Shown here piece by piece: positions 11,383 through 22,949 of a stretch of 32,000 nt of DNA (the stretch's first letter is position 1; each line of letters opens with the position of its first letter). A program made the translations under genes and the position numbers. This DNA is from Mycobacterium leprae TN. Lineage in GTDB: Bacteria > Actinomycetota > Actinomycetes > Mycobacteriales > Mycobacteriaceae. The notes beneath the pieces were generated by a model. The model was not told where the DNA came from and searched no databases. It was given only the letters and a program-made list of their open reading frames with translations. Location of the stretch: NCBI RefSeq assembly GCF_000195855.1, contig NC_002677.1:2910001-2942000 (forward strand), given 5' to 3'.

Positions 11383-12717
11383 CTAACCACCGGGTCTAGC
11401 CGTCCCTGAACCGCTCGTCGGAGTGCCCGACAAGATAGGAGCACCCGGCGGGGTGACCGGCGCGGTGACAGGAATCTGAGTGGCCGGCTGATGCACCGTC
11501 GGAAAAGATAGTAGCGCCGACATCCCCACCCAGGTGTCCCAGTCCACCGCCCAGTCCCAAATATCACCGTCGGAATAGGACAGCTGGATCGAGCTTCCGG
11601 TCACCTCAACCGGGTCACCATAGATCGCGCTGCGGTAGAACTGCTCGGCATCGCCCGTGGACAGATTGATACACCCGTTGGTAACATTAGTATTGCCCTG
11701 CGCTCCCACGCTTGCTGGGTTGGCGTGGATAAATTCACCATTATTGGAAATCCGTACTGCCCAGCGTTCATACACATTACTGTAGCCGGCAGCCGGGTTG
11801 GACATGTAGAAGTCGGAGTATTTCTCGGTGACCACATGGATGCCGTTGCGGGTCACGTTACGAGCCTGGTCGGCCTCGCCGTAGCTACACGGGAAGTCCA
11901 TGATGACGCCGGCATCGGTGACGACCTGAATGCGATGCGACGAGACTTCGGCCTTGACCACCTGGCGTCGACCGATCTGGATGTTCAACGACATGTCTTG
12001 CAGGCCGTATGCACCGTCGCCGAACGGCAGCCCGTAGAGCTTCGCGTCAACGTTCACGGTGGTGCCCGCCGGGTAGTACTCGCGCGGGCGATAGTGAATG
12101 CGGGCGCCTTTCGCCTCGTCAGGCAACCATGCCCAACTACCCTCAACGGGTGGGGTGGTAGTGACGGTCAACGCTTTTTCGACAGCGGATTTATCGCTGA
12201 TGGGCGCATCGAACTGGATGATGATCGGCGCCGCGACCCCTACCGTCTGGCCATCAGCGAGCTGGAATCCTCCATTGACCTTCTTTACGGGGGTCACAGT
12301 GCTAAACTTGCCCGTTACCGGAACAGCCTTGCCGTCGTGACCAACAGCCGAACCGTTCCAGGTATAGGTCGTGTCATAGCCCAGCGGCTCGGTAATCGTG
12401 TAGACGGTGCGATCTTGATTGAAAACACCAGCAACAACCTTGCCCACTGGGTTCGTCAATGTGACGCGCTGGAACCAGCCGTCGGCGATTTGGACACTGA
12501 TCGGCGCGACCGGGATCACGTCATCAGTCGCAGTCGCCGGCTGAAACGTCAAGTGCGGCGCTGGCGTCGTCTTCTTCTCGGATGGTTTGATCGCACTGCC
12601 CGCACAAGCGACAAATACACTCGGAGCAAACACACCTACCCCAAGAGCGGTCAAAGCCACGCGCCGATTAATCGACTCCCGGTTTTGACGCGGAGTGGAT
12701 GCGATCACGATACACAA
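11383..12717 (-). CDS. lprQ: LprQ-like lipoprotein L,D-transpeptidase (YkuD domain, Ig-like domains)
   Basis: Signal/lipobox 'SVFVACAGS'; YkuD catalytic region '[39 protein letters not shown]'. Confidence 0.92.
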   Translation of the reverse strand: MCIVIASTPRQNRESINRRVALTALGVGVFAPSVFVACAGSAIKPSEKKTTPAPHLTFQPATATDDVIPVAPISVQIADGWFQRVTLTNPVGKVVAGVFNQDRTVYTITEPLGYDTTYTWNGSAVGHDGKAVPVTGKFSTVTPVKKVNGGFQLADGQTVGVAAPIIIQFDAPISDKSAVEKALTVTTTPPVEGSWAWLPDEAKGARIHYRPREYYPAGTTVNVDAKLYGLPFGDGAYGLQDMSLNIQIGRRQVVKAEVSSHRIQVVTDAGVIMDFPCSYGEADQARNVTRNGIHVVTEKYSDFYMSNPAAGYSNVYERWAVRISNNGEFIHANPASVGAQGNTNVTNGCINLSTGDAEQFYRSAIYGDPVEVTGSSIQLSYSDGDIWDWAVDWDTWVGMSALLSFPTVHQPATQIPVTAPVTPPGAPILSGTPTSGSGTARPGG

Positions 12718-12788
12718 AGATACCGGGCCAGGCGACTTTCCCCCTCCCTAAACACTTTCCGCAAAATACGGTAACCCGTATCCAATAG

Positions 12789-13892
12789 CTACAACACGCA
12801 CCCAACCAGTGCAGGCTCAGGTTCGAGTGTGATACCAAACACCTCTAGGACCCCATTACGAACGGTGCGGGCCAGAGTTACCACATCTTCGGCGGTGGCG
12901 GCACCGCGGTTGGTTAAGGCAAGCACATGTTTGGTGGAAAGCCGGCATGGAGCTGCACCATCAGGATAACCCTTACCGAAGCCGGCCCGTTCCACCAGCC
13001 AGCCAGCGGCCAGCTTGACGCCGTCCTGCGCCGGATAATGCGGCACCGGCCCGTCCACCATCTTGGCTAGCTGACGGTAAACGTCCGGCGCTACTACCGG
13101 ATTAGTAAAGAAAGATCCGACACTCCAGGTGTCATGGTCTGCCGCATCGAGCACCATACCCTTGCGAACACGCAGCGCCAGCACCGCCTCGCGCACCGCG
13201 TGTGGGTTGGCGCGCTGCCCACTAGTCGCGTCGAGTGTGGCCACCAGCTCACCATAGTGCAACGGTGCGCTCTGCCCCGATGCATCGAGCTTGAACTCGA
13301 CTTCCAGCACCACAGCAGGCGGTTGCGACCCTGACGGGTCGGCTTGCTTGAAAACGCTGGTACGATAACCAAAACGCAACTCGCAGGCGGAGACCCAACG
13401 AACCGAGCCGCTACTGCGCTCCAGCAGCCGGACCCGAGTGATTGTGTCAGACACTTCTGCGCCGTAGGCACCCACATTTTGCACCGGAGTGGCCCCAGCC
13501 GATCCGGGGATACCAGACAGGCATTCCAGCCCACCGAGCCCGTGCTCGATGGCCCTAACCACCACGTCGTCCCAGACCGCGCCAGCCTCGGCACGCACTA
13601 GGTTGCCGTCGATAGTGATGCCGGCATTGGCCAAGCGCACCGCAGTCAAGTCGGCCAGCGTGTCGGCAATCACCAGGTTGGAGCCGCCAGCAAATATCAG
13701 CAGCGGCCCAGCTCCCCTGCCGCCGGCTGGTGCGTCTAGCTGCCGTATAACGTCGACTACCTGTTCAGTGCTGGCGCACGTTATAACCCGCTGGGCGACC
13801 GGACCGACCCGCAACGTGGTCAACGGCGCAAGTGACACCGCCTCTGCGACATGCGCGCCGGCAAAGAACGAACCGACAGCGCTCCGTTTCAT
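12789..13892 (-). CDS. murB: UDP-N-acetylenolpyruvoylglucosamine reductase
   Basis: '[16 protein letters not shown]', '[10 protein letters not shown]'-type segment ([11 protein letters not shown]), '[21 protein letters not shown]', '[11 protein letters not shown]', '[13 protein letters not shown]'. Confidence 0.94.
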   Translation of the reverse strand: MKRSAVGSFFAGAHVAEAVSLAPLTTLRVGPVAQRVITCASTEQVVDVIRQLDAPAGGRGAGPLLIFAGGSNLVIADTLADLTAVRLANAGITIDGNLVRAEAGAVWDDVVVRAIEHGLGGLECLSGIPGSAGATPVQNVGAYGAEVSDTITRVRLLERSSGSVRWVSACELRFGYRTSVFKQADPSGSQPPAVVLEVEFKLDASGQSAPLHYGELVATLDATSGQRANPHAVREAVLALRVRKGMVLDAADHDTWSVGSFFTNPVVAPDVYRQLAKMVDGPVPHYPAQDGVKLAAGWLVERAGFGKGYPDGAAPCRLSTKHVLALTNRGAATAEDVVTLARTVRNGVLEVFGITLEPEPALVGCVL

Positions 13893-13959
13893 GGCAGGTA
13901 ACGATAGACTGGCCTACTATGCCGCTATAATGCGACATGTCCGCCGACTACGAAGGCGG

Positions 13960-14432
13960 TGTCGAAAACATTTTTCAGACATTAAACGAGGCGGACTACT
14001 GACAGGCCCTAGTGGCTAAGTCTGGCTAAGTCGTCCGCGGTCGACGGGATGCGGCTGGAGTCGAGGCGGGTGGGGTGCGGAGTCAAGCAACGACGGGACT
14101 ACTTGAAGTGGTCATCGTGCAGGTGATGCGCAGTCACAGCCTACCGAACCTGGTCAGACAGGTGCACCGAGGCAGCCTAAATACATTAAGACGTGAGAAG
14201 ACCCCGGAGTCCAATCACTGATACTGATGGCGTCGCGCTGGAGGTCCATTGTGGGATCGATCTTGAATGCTCCGACGAACTTTTCGGGCATTGCAATGCT
14301 GTCGCCAAATCGGCCGAGTCCAGCGGAGCCCGGCTGAAGCTTCAGGTCACCGTTCAGGTGCGAATCACCATTATTGGCGGCAACCTCGAGAAGATCACCG
14401 GCACCCAGTTGAGCCGCATCGGTGAGACTTGA
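13960..14432 (+). pseudogene. Decayed DUF2505-family protein (Rv0481c-like)
   Basis: 'LEVVIVQVMRSHSLPNLVRQVHRGS' near 14100 and C-terminal 'VTVQVRITIIGGNLEKITGTQLSRIGET' (79-aa ORF) lie in different frames. Confidence 0.6.
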
Positions 14433-14640
14433 ACAGCGCTTCACCACGATGTGTCGCGAAGAACGCCTGATTAACTGCCGGCGTAACCTACCGCTCTCCA
14501 CCGGTCCAACCTGAGACTGCCCGACCGAAGCAACCGCCGGACCCATCCAGAACAGCCTCGCTCTCCCTCGCAAGCGGGCAATACCCCTTACCCTCACACC
14601 GCAAGCGCCGCGCGGCGTAGCCAAGCTTAAGCTGGCACGC

Positions 14641-15456
14641 ATGCGAATCGCATTGGCGCAAATCCTCAGCGGCACCGATCCGGTAGCAAACCTGCGGCTG
14701 GTGCGAGAGTACACAGGCCAGGCCACCGACGCCGGCGCGACGTTAGTGGTCTTCCCGGAAGCGACCATGTGCCGATTCGGTGTTCCACTGGGGCCGGTCG
14801 CTGAGCCCATAGACGGCCCCTGGGCCAACGGTGTGCGACAAATCGCGACCGAGGCCGGCATCACCATAATCGCCGGAATATTCACCCCCGCTGACGACGG
14901 GCGGGTAATGAACACGCTGATCGCTGCCGGCCCCGGGACACCCAACCAGCCCGACACCCACTACCACAAAATCCATCTCTACGACGCGTTCGGCTTCACT
15001 GAGTCACGGACGGTCACAGCCGGGCACGAACCGGTGGTGATCACAGTAGACGACGTCCAGGTTGGTCTCACTATTTGCTACGATATCCGCTTTCCAGCGC
15101 TGTACACTGAGCTGGCCCGCCGCGGCGCGCAACTGATCGTGGTCTGCGCGTCATGGGGCTCCGGTGCTGGCAAACTCGAGCAGTGGACGTTGCTTGCCCG
15201 TGCCCGTGCCCTTGACTCGATGAGCTACGTCGCCGCAGTCGGTCAGGCTGACCCAGGAGGTGCCCTGACCGACTCGGGCCCCAGCTCAGCCGCACCGACC
15301 GGAGTAGGCGGCAGCCTGGTGGCCTCGCCGTTAGGCGAGGTGGTGGCGTCGGCTGGCACCGAATCAAAACTGGTCGTCGCCGACATCGACGTCGACAACG
15401 TGACTACAGCTCGCGAGAACATCGCTGTACTGCGTAACCGGTCACATTTTGCTTAG
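14641..15456 (+). CDS. Carbon-nitrogen hydrolase / nitrilase-superfamily amidohydrolase (Rv0480c-like)
   Basis: E-K-C triad context: 'LVVFPEATMC', 'YHKIHLYDAFGF', 'VGLTICYDIRFPALY'; 271 aa. Confidence 0.92.
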   Translation: MRIALAQILSGTDPVANLRLVREYTGQATDAGATLVVFPEATMCRFGVPLGPVAEPIDGPWANGVRQIATEAGITIIAGIFTPADDGRVMNTLIAAGPGTPNQPDTHYHKIHLYDAFGFTESRTVTAGHEPVVITVDDVQVGLTICYDIRFPALYTELARRGAQLIVVCASWGSGAGKLEQWTLLARARALDSMSYVAAVGQADPGGALTDSGPSSAAPTGVGGSLVASPLGEVVASAGTESKLVVADIDVDNVTTARENIAVLRNRSHFA

Positions 15457-15479
15457 GTTGATAGAGCACAATCACGTGG

Positions 15480-16499
15480 GTGACCAATCAGCAAGGACCA
15501 CCGAATGAAGGCCCTTCGACGTGGGCGCATCCCAGCTACCGGGGCCTCCTCAACCATCCGCAAGCTCCAACTGAACGGATGAAGGCCGGTGAGCCTCCGA
15601 CTGCGCCCGGCCAGCTGACACAGCAGACCGAGCAGATCGGAGGGGCAAATATGGAGGCACAGGGGGCAGGGAACCCACTAACGCGCACCACACCCCCGAC
15701 CCCAGCAGATCAGCTGGCTGCGCCGAAAAAAGACCCAGAACCAGAGAAAATCCAACGATGCTTGCTTCGCGACCCACTCGCCATCGTCCTGATCTTGATC
15801 ATAGTGGTTGCGCTCGTCATCAGCGGGCTAATCGGAGCCGAACTTTTTGCCCGCCACACCGCAAACAGCAAAGTCGCTAGAGTGGTGACCTGCGAGATCA
15901 AAGATCAGGCCACCGCGAAGTTCGGTGTGACACCATTATTGCTCTGGCAGTTCGCTACCCAACATTTCACCAACATCTCCGTGGAGACCGCAGGTAACCA
16001 GATTCGTGATGCCAAAGGCATGAAGATCGCGATAGACATTCAGAATGTGCAGATCAGAGACACTCCGACTTCGAGGGGCACGATCGGCGTGTTGGATGCC
16101 ATCATCACCTGGTCTTCTGATGGCATCAGGCAATCGGTGCAGAACTCGATTCCGGTACTTGGCGGCGTTGTCACCACCAGTGTGACCACTCATCCCACCA
16201 ATGGCACCATCGAGCTGAAAGGAATGCTGAACGACATTGTGGCTAAGCCGGTGGTGTCCAACGGTGGCCTGCAGCTACAGATCGTCAGTTTTAATACACT
16301 GGGATTCTCGCTGCCGAAAGAGACCGTGCAATTCACCCTGGACGATTTCACCACCAACCTAACCAAGAACTACCCCCTGGGCATCCACGCGGACAACGTG
16401 GAGGTCACTTCGACCGGCGTGACAAGCCACTTCTCAGCCCGGAACACTAATATCCCCAACAGCACAGGCGGTCAGGACCCCTGTTTCGCTAACCTCTAA
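15480..16499 (+). CDS. Membrane-anchored DUF2993-like protein (Rv0479c-like)
   Basis: Proline-rich N-terminus, single TM 'LAIVLILIIVVALVISGLIGAELFA', long extracytoplasmic domain; intact 339-aa ORF, first 30-50 aa possibly over-extended. Confidence 0.8.
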   Translation: MTNQQGPPNEGPSTWAHPSYRGLLNHPQAPTERMKAGEPPTAPGQLTQQTEQIGGANMEAQGAGNPLTRTTPPTPADQLAAPKKDPEPEKIQRCLLRDPLAIVLILIIVVALVISGLIGAELFARHTANSKVARVVTCEIKDQATAKFGVTPLLLWQFATQHFTNISVETAGNQIRDAKGMKIAIDIQNVQIRDTPTSRGTIGVLDAIITWSSDGIRQSVQNSIPVLGGVVTTSVTTHPTNGTIELKGMLNDIVAKPVVSNGGLQLQIVSFNTLGFSLPKETVQFTLDDFTTNLTKNYPLGIHADNVEVTSTGVTSHFSARNTNIPNSTGGQDPCFANL

Positions 16500-16555
16500 G
16501 GGCTTCGTGACGCCCGGCAGCCATCGCTCGACCTGCACAGGAAAACAAATAGAGT

Positions 16556-17290
16556 TTAGCTGAGCCCATCCAGCACTTCTCGAGTGGAAGACAGGCCCAG
16601 CCTCGTGGCACCAGCGTCCAGCAGTGCGATCGCGTCAACGGCGGTACGGATGCCGCCGCTGGCCTTGACCCCTAGCCGGCCCCCGACGGCCTCGGTCATC
16701 AGCGTGACAGCACGCACCGACGCTCCCCCAGCGGGATGAAACCCAGTCGAGGTCTTGACGAAGTCCGCGCCGGCGGCTTCCGCGACGTGACACACTTCAG
16801 CCAGCGTACGTTCGTTTGCCTGGCCCAACAGCACCGCCGACTCCACAATCACCTTGAGTACGACACCGGCTATAGCGGAGCGCACCATCTCGATATCGGA
16901 CCGCACCGCATCGAGGTCTCCAGCCAACGCAGCACCGACGGCGATGACCATGTCGATCTCAGTTGCACCGGATGCTACGGCCTGAACTGCCTCTTGCGCC
17001 TTGACAATGGACACATGCTCGCCCGACGGAAACCCGACCACCGTAGCAACCCGCAAACCACCCGCACCGGCTTCGACGGCGGCCGGCACCATCGACGGGG
17101 AGACACACACCGCGTAGACGCCCAGCTCAACAGCTTCGGCAACAAGAGCAGCCACATCAGCATGGGTCGCCTCGGACTTGAGCAGGGTATGGTCAACCAG
17201 CGCCGCCAACTGTTTCCGAGTAGGTTGGCCCTGCACTACCGCGGTCCCTCGTCGGCTTGCTGTATTCCTTCGGATATACCGGGATGGCAA
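16556..17290 (-). CDS. deoC: Deoxyribose-phosphate aldolase
   Basis: '[16 protein letters not shown]', '[12 protein letters not shown]', '[11 protein letters not shown]', '[15 protein letters not shown]', 'VKASGGIRT'. Confidence 0.94.
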
Positions 17291-17704
17291 CCGGCAGCGA
17301 ATATCTCGGAGTCATCGACGACGGGACGCCATGGCTCGAGATTCGAGCTTGTATTGCTGGGTTGCACAAATTCGGCGAACTGCCCGTGACAGATGAACTG
17401 CGCGTGCATGTCGGCGGTGTCGGCGTCCGGAGACAGCGTGAGGACGTCACCCCACGCTTCGTCGCCGGCAGCCACGTCGGGCTGCATCGCAGAGGTACGC
17501 CCAAAGAGGTTCGAGTAGGCTTGCAAGCTGATAAGGCTTCGCCAACGTGTCCATTTGGTGTGGTCAACAAAAGGCAGGACATACAACGGGCTCAAGGGGC
17601 TAGACATGCCAGTGTCCGGATCGGCCAAAGCGTAAACTGCACGCTACTAGCGAGCCGAGTACGCCAACAAGTACCGCCGCCGACGCGGCCGAAAGAACAG
17701 TCAC
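17236..17704 (-). pseudogene. Secreted DUF2599-family protein (Rv0477-like), frameshifted between signal peptide and mature domain
   Basis: GTG at 17704 encodes 'VTVLSAASAAVLVGVLGSLVACSLRFG' in one frame; the mature-like 'VDHTKWTRWRSLISLQAYSNLFGR...[21 protein letters not shown]' is in another frame. Confidence 0.7.
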
Positions 17705-17709
17705 TCGGT

Positions 17710-17997
17710 TTAGCGCGATTTGCCCTGAATATCGAGCAGCTTGGGCCGTACGTCAACCAGATAGACCCCAGCGGCACAGGCGGCTATCACTATGCCAAGC
17801 ACACCGAAGACGAAGCCTAGGATAGAGGTCAGCGACACAGCCGCACCGAGGATCACTAACCATACCGGTTTTGTCAGCTTTTCAGCGGCGGTATAGGCGT
17901 CGGGTCGCTGCAGCGCTGCATGCACAAACGCGTACACCGCCGTCACCAGAACGGCGAGCTGCAAGACCAACATGACAGTACCCACGAGGTGGCTCAT
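17710..17997 (-). CDS. Small DUF2516-type membrane protein (Rv0476-like)
   Basis: ORF from [18 protein letters not shown] with three hydrophobic stretches; adjacent to hbhA. Confidence 0.82.
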   Translation of the reverse strand: MSHLVGTVMLVLQLAVLVTAVYAFVHAALQRPDAYTAAEKLTKPVWLVILGAAVSLTSILGFVFGVLGIVIAACAAGVYLVDVRPKLLDIQGKSR

Positions 17998-18116
17998 CTT
18001 GATAAGCGTATGCGGAGACCGTCCCAAACGTCGACTCCGAGTACGCCACCAGGACAACTCGGATCAAATGCGTTACCGGTCCGAGCCACCACACCAGGGT
18101 AATTCGGAACCTGAAC

Positions 18117-18683
18117 CTATTTCTGTGTGACCTTCTTGGCCGGAGCCTTCTTCGCAGGCGCCTTCTTGGCCGGAGCCTTCCTCGCAGGCGCCGCCGCCTT
18201 CTTGGGTAGCTCGATGCCGACCAGTTTGGCTGCACGCCCGCCAACCGCGCGGGTCTGCGACGCGACAGTACCCAGCGCCTCCTGAGTCAACTCGACAGCC
18301 TGGTCCACGTAACCCTCGGCACGTGCCGACGCATCTTCGAAAACCGGCCGGCTGCGTAACCGCTCCAGGGCGGCCTCGCCGCGCTCGACTAGCTCGTTGT
18401 ACCGGTTGGTCGCTGCCTCCAAATAGCCCTCAGCGGCCTTACGCAACTCGTCGGCGGTGAACTTCTCACGCAGCTCGCTAAGGTGTTCGGGCAGAACCTC
18501 CTGCAGTTTTGCCACGCGAGCGCGGCTCTCCTCAACACGGCTGCGGGTATCGATGCGGGTTTCTTCGGCACGTTCGCGCATGTTGCCGACCAGCTCATTA
18601 ACGGTGGTCAGGGCCAAGTCTGCCGCGCCCAGCGCTGCCAACAATGGCGCCCGCAGGTCGTCGACGTTAGGGTTTTCAGCCAT
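18117..18683 (-). CDS. hbhA: Heparin-binding hemagglutinin
   Basis: [25 protein letters not shown]..., coiled coil, lysine/alanine/proline-rich C-terminus '[28 protein letters not shown]'. Confidence 0.95.
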   Translation of the reverse strand: MAENPNVDDLRAPLLAALGAADLALTTVNELVGNMRERAEETRIDTRSRVEESRARVAKLQEVLPEHLSELREKFTADELRKAAEGYLEAATNRYNELVERGEAALERLRSRPVFEDASARAEGYVDQAVELTQEALGTVASQTRAVGGRAAKLVGIELPKKAAAPARKAPAKKAPAKKAPAKKVTQK

Positions 18684-19059
18684 GGTGTTTCCTTTCATGG
18701 ATTGTTGTCGTTATAGGCGTCAGTAGTATCTGGCCCGAGAGTTAGGCCAAGCGTCGGCTCCTCTGGGAGGAGTAGTCAAGACTCGCGGATTGACATTACT
18801 GTTTGGCCAACTAATCGGGTTGGATTCACCATGACCTGAACAAGGTCGCCCTTCTTCGGGTAACCCGGCAACCAGTGGGATATTCCCACAAGCCTCAGCC
18901 GATTCCGGACCAACCGGACTGATCAGTCGTGGGTACGGGCCTCGGTGGGACACGCCTCGAGGGTGGATTCGTTTTGATTAGGTGGATTAAGCATAAATGT
19001 CAAGCAAAACCTGCTTCTGCCGCTCAGTGATCGCTGTATCGGTTATGATGACGTTACGC

Positions 19060-19380
19060 ACTTGCCTGGTCTCACTGGCCTTAAGAATTCCGACTTGTAC
19101 ATAAAAGACCTCAGCGGAAACCCGTAGCACCTTTACGATTTTGGTTCAAGAGATCGGGGGACAGTTTGCGCGATCCGCTCTTCACCTGGCTCAAGTACAA
19201 ATTGCTGGCGCCGGACCGTTCAGCAAGCTACCGCATCGAGACTTGCGCCGTCTCACGCTGGGTTCTGATAAAACTACCCCTACCAGAGGCAGCGGTGAAC
19301 ACATTGGCAAAAAGTTTTCCATCTGAGACCACCGACGCACCTCCTTGCGTCCGATAGTCGGTGCTCACTGGCACTAGTAT
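19060..19380 (-). pseudogene. Decayed XRE/Cro-family HTH regulator (Rv0474-like)
   Basis: Minus-strand translation 'GSFIRTQRETAQVSMR*LAERSGASNLYLSQVKSGSRKLSPDLLNQ' with an in-frame TAG, then 'KIVKVLRVSAEVFYVQVGIL' after a frameshift. Confidence 0.8.
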
Positions 19381-19439
19381 GCATAACAAATGCTTGCTTT
19401 CGCAAGCATTTGTTATGCATACTTCAGAGCAAAATTTGC

Positions 19440-20050
19440 GCAACGGTGTACATTGTTAGCCCGGCCAGCGCACTCACCACGGTGCCATTGATCCGAATAA
19501 ACTGCAGGTAACGGCCGAGTGCAATTCGATGCGTCGGCTGGCTTACTCGCCGTCTCAGCACTCGATCGCCTCGGTGATGATCGCTATAATCTCTACGCCA
19601 TATTGCAAAACCAGATGCTGGGTCGCCCGCACCATCCAGCCCTCGACTTTGTCTCGCATGTAGGCGGCGTCACACACAGTGATTCCCCGATCCGAACCAC
19701 GGTGTGGGCTATGCGGGCGCACAACGTGCCGGACGAGTCGACCAACCCTTCTGGACCCTAAGAAACCAGCGCCTCAACGTCTGCCACGCCATTGCCGATC
19801 TCATCGCGCGCTATCAACTGCTCCTTGACAGCACAGGTGCGCGCAATAGTGGGCCGGTTCATGCTGCAGATCGTCAGCGAGTTCTAACAGAAATCGAGTC
19901 AACGAACGACGTAATTTGTGGTCGGGGTTGCGACGCACTTTGTCGGTGAAGTCCACCAAATCACAATCTATGCGGTTATCACAACAACGATGCGGCAACC
20001 TAACGAGATGATCGATGAAGCTCGGCGACCTACTTAGGTGAGTCGCACTC
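19440..20050 (-). pseudogene. Remnant of a DUF445-like membrane protein (Rv0473-like)
   Basis: Minus-strand 'HRIALGRYLQFIRINGTVVSALAGLTMYTVAQ' resembles a DUF445 C-terminus; upstream sequence has no intact ORF. Confidence 0.5.
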
Positions 20051-20105
20051 GACCACCCGCTAGAGCGGGAAACCAGTTACTGTAACCACACTTTTCCCCG
20101 AGGCC

Positions 20106-20879
20106 TTGTGCGCATGGAGCCCATGCCATCGACAGGCCATAATATCGAGTGCGTCTAGTGAATGGGAACCAGGGACAGTGGCAGAGCATATCCCGGCTGT
20201 GGCCGTCAAGACGGATGGCCGCAAGCGGCGGTGGCATCAACACAAGGTAGAGCGCCGCAACGAGCTGGTTGACGGCACGATCGATGCGATTCGCCGGCAG
20301 GGCCGCTTCCTGAGTATGGATGAAATCGCAGGGAAGATCGGGGTCTCCAAGACCGTGCTTTACCGCTATTTCATAGACAAAAACGACCTGACTACAGCGG
20401 TGATGATGCGCTTCGCGCAGACCACGTTGATTCCCAACATGGCCGCCGCGCTGTCAACGAATTTGGATGGCTTCGATCTTACTCGCGAAATCATCCGGGT
20501 ATATGTCAAAACCGTGGCGGCCGAACCCGAGCCATATCAGTTTGTGATGGCGAACAGCTCGGCCAGCAAAAGTAAAGTGATCGCCGACTCTGAGCGGATC
20601 ATTGCGCGCATGCTCGCAGTCATGATACGTCGCCGCATGCAAGAGGCCGGCATGGACGCCGGCGGTGTGGAGCCCTGGGCTTACTTGATCGTTGGCGGCG
20701 TGCAGCTTGCCACCCACTCGTGGATGTCGGACCCGCGGATGAGCGCCGACGAGCTGATCGACTACCTGACCATGCTCAGCTGGAACGCACTGTGCGGGAT
20801 CGTCGAGGTCGGCGGATCGCTGGAAAAGTTCCGTAAGCAGCCACATCCATCACCGATAATCCCACCACGAGGGCCCTAA
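20106..20879 (+). CDS. TetR-family transcriptional regulator (Rv0472c-like); start may be about 70 bp downstream
   Basis: 'LVDGTIDAIRRQGRFLSMDEIAGKIGVSKTVLYRYFIDKNDLTTAV' HTH; intact ORF. Confidence 0.92.
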   Translation: MCAWSPCHRQAIISSASSEWEPGTVAEHIPAVAVKTDGRKRRWHQHKVERRNELVDGTIDAIRRQGRFLSMDEIAGKIGVSKTVLYRYFIDKNDLTTAVMMRFAQTTLIPNMAAALSTNLDGFDLTREIIRVYVKTVAAEPEPYQFVMANSSASKSKVIADSERIIARMLAVMIRRRMQEAGMDAGGVEPWAYLIVGGVQLATHSWMSDPRMSADELIDYLTMLSWNALCGIVEVGGSLEKFRKQPHPSPIIPPRGP

Positions 20880-22061
20880 GCGGTTCCGCCGCGGGTTTAG
20901 GCTTAAGGAATGTCCTAGGAGAGCGTTGGCTCGCGGCTGAAGTCGTGGGCATACGTACTACCAATCCGCCACCCGACACGCCGATCGACCACGTCACGCG
21001 CTGGCTCGTCGTCACGCGTGCCGCGGTACTGCCGAATGTACCTTGTTCTCTTGCCTTGTCGCGGTATTGCTGGCGGCCAATGACCCTGGTCTCGATTGAC
21101 GCTGGCTGATCCTGACCGTGGTGGATATCACGGGCGCGCGCATGGCCAACAACCTGTCTAGTTCCTACGTCAGTACCGACAGTGCCTATTCTACCCGCGT
21201 GCCCGCGACGCTACGCTCCTCACCCAGTCCTGTCAGCTTCCGCACGCTGAGTCTGGCAATATCTGTTGATGAATTCCGTCTACCTGGCAATCCCGGCCAT
21301 GATCGAGGGACCCGTGGCGGTTCCTCGCATTCAGCGGCTTCGCTCTATACTTTAGCGTTGCTTACACAGAATCTAAGCTGCGGTTATATAGAGATGTGAC
21401 TTCCGGTGCATCCGACATTTTCGTCCTATGATGCCCGCTAATGGTGTGTGGAACGTACTACTCGGCGGTGGACACAGCCAGTTGAGGCATCGCGCTGGCC
21501 TTGTATCTCTAATGGTTTGTTGTGCACGACGGTGCTGATGGGCAAGCGTATCTCCAAGATCCCACTACGACCGAGTGCTCGGCATCGCGACGTTCCCGGG
21601 TCCTGCTTGGCAAAGCTCGCGCTAGCGTGGTAAAGCTGGCCCGATGGCCCAGTTCTACTGTACTGGTCACAGCCGTTGCCGGGGTGGGAACGATGCTTTA
21701 GTCCGCATTGTGTCGTGCTGATAGCGCTGCCTCGGCTGGGTGAATGATGTGACCATATTTCCGTCGGCAGAAACCCAACCAACCGCCGCCGGAGTTTCCG
21801 GTCTGACCACTGTAGTACGCTGGGTGAACGTAGGTGCACGTGCGTCCGGCCGGTGGACTGCTCGTCATGGACCTCAGGATTGACGCCGGGCTGCACACAT
21901 TGTCAATCGCATCGACGGTTGTGATGCATGCCGAGCGCAGCGTAGACGACTTGAGCCACTTGAACGGTTAGCATGCAGGGGATGCATCGGGGGGCCAAGC
22001 CAGGGTGTGTCTTTTTTCGCGCCATAAACGCCTCCGGGACACAGAAAGGCTCAATAACCGT

Positions 22062-22949
22062 ATGTCCGTGCAGCTGACGCCGCATTTTAGAAACGTACAA
22101 GCCCATTACGACCTATCTGACGACTTCTTCCGCCTGTTCCTCGACCCCACCCTGACCTACAGCTGCGCGTATTTCGAGCGTGACGACATGACGCTCGAGG
22201 AAGCGCAGCTCGCCAAGGTCGATCTAGCGTTGGGAAAGCTCAAGCTTGAGCCCGGGATGACGTTGCTGGACATCGGCTGTGGTTGGGGCGCCACCATGAA
22301 ACGCGCGATTGAAATATACGACGTCAACGTTATAGGCCTGACCCTGTCCGAGAATCAGGCCGCCCACGTTCAGAAGACATTCGACGAGTTAGACACCCCC
22401 CGAACCCGGCGGGTACTGCTGGAGGGCTGGGAGAAGTTCCACGAACCTGTCGACCGGATTGTCTCGATCGGTGCATTCGAGCACTTCGGCCGCCAACGCT
22501 ATGCACGCTTCTTCAAGATGGCCCACGAAGTCCTACCGGCCGACAGCGTGATGTTACTGCACACCATCGTCCGTCCCACCTTTAAAGATGCCAGAGCGCG
22601 GGGCATGACTTTAACCCACGAGATTGTTCACTTTACCCAATTCATTTTGGCTGAGATCTTCCCTGGTGGCTGGTTACCAACAGTACCGACGGTGGAAGAG
22701 CACGCCACCGCGGCCGGTTTCAAGTTCACACGGATCCAGTCGCTGCAGCTACACTACGCCAAAACCCTGGACTTGTGGGCCGCCAGACTGGAAGCCAACA
22801 AGAACAAGGCGATCGCCATCCAGTCTGAAGAGGTCTACGACCGCTACATGAAGTACCTAACTGGGTGCGCAAAGCTGTTCCGCGACGGGTACACTGATGT
22901 CGACCAGTTCACTTTGGAAAAGCAACCAGCCACCGCACGCCGGCATTGA
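22062..22949 (+). CDS. pcaA: Cyclopropane mycolic acid synthase PcaA
   Basis: 'MSVQLTPHFRNVQAHYDLSDDFFRLFLDPTLTYSCAYFERDDMTLEEAQ', SAM motif 'LLDIGCGWGATM', tail 'MKYLTGCAKLFRDGYTDVDQFTLEK'. Confidence 0.95.
   Translation: MSVQLTPHFRNVQAHYDLSDDFFRLFLDPTLTYSCAYFERDDMTLEEAQLAKVDLALGKLKLEPGMTLLDIGCGWGATMKRAIEIYDVNVIGLTLSENQAAHVQKTFDELDTPRTRRVLLEGWEKFHEPVDRIVSIGAFEHFGRQRYARFFKMAHEVLPADSVMLLHTIVRPTFKDARARGMTLTHEIVHFTQFILAEIFPGGWLPTVPTVEEHATAAGFKFTRIQSLQLHYAKTLDLWAARLEANKNKAIAIQSEEVYDRYMKYLTGCAKLFRDGYTDVDQFTLEKQPATARRH
22164..22867 (+). repeat. 704-bp inverted repeat, left arm (inside pcaA)
   Basis: Begins TGCGCGTATTTCGAG and ends CCTAACTGGGTG; matches the reverse complement of 23129-23832. Confidence 0.97.

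Noticed and set aside
11725-12774. 349-aa plus-strand ORF opposite lprQ
   Set aside because: Antisense shadow of an intact, motif-supported L,D-transpeptidase gene; no recognisable domain.
13094-13594. Long ORFs overlapping murB on other frames (13094-13594, 13489-14019)
   Set aside because: GC-rich shadow ORFs over an intact murB with all expected motifs.
22624-22851. Identical 75-aa ORFs at 22624-22851 (+) and 23145-23372 (-) as a novel duplicated small protein
   Set aside because: Alternate-frame shadows of the 704-bp inverted repeat in pcaA/umaA; useful only as evidence of nucleotide identity.
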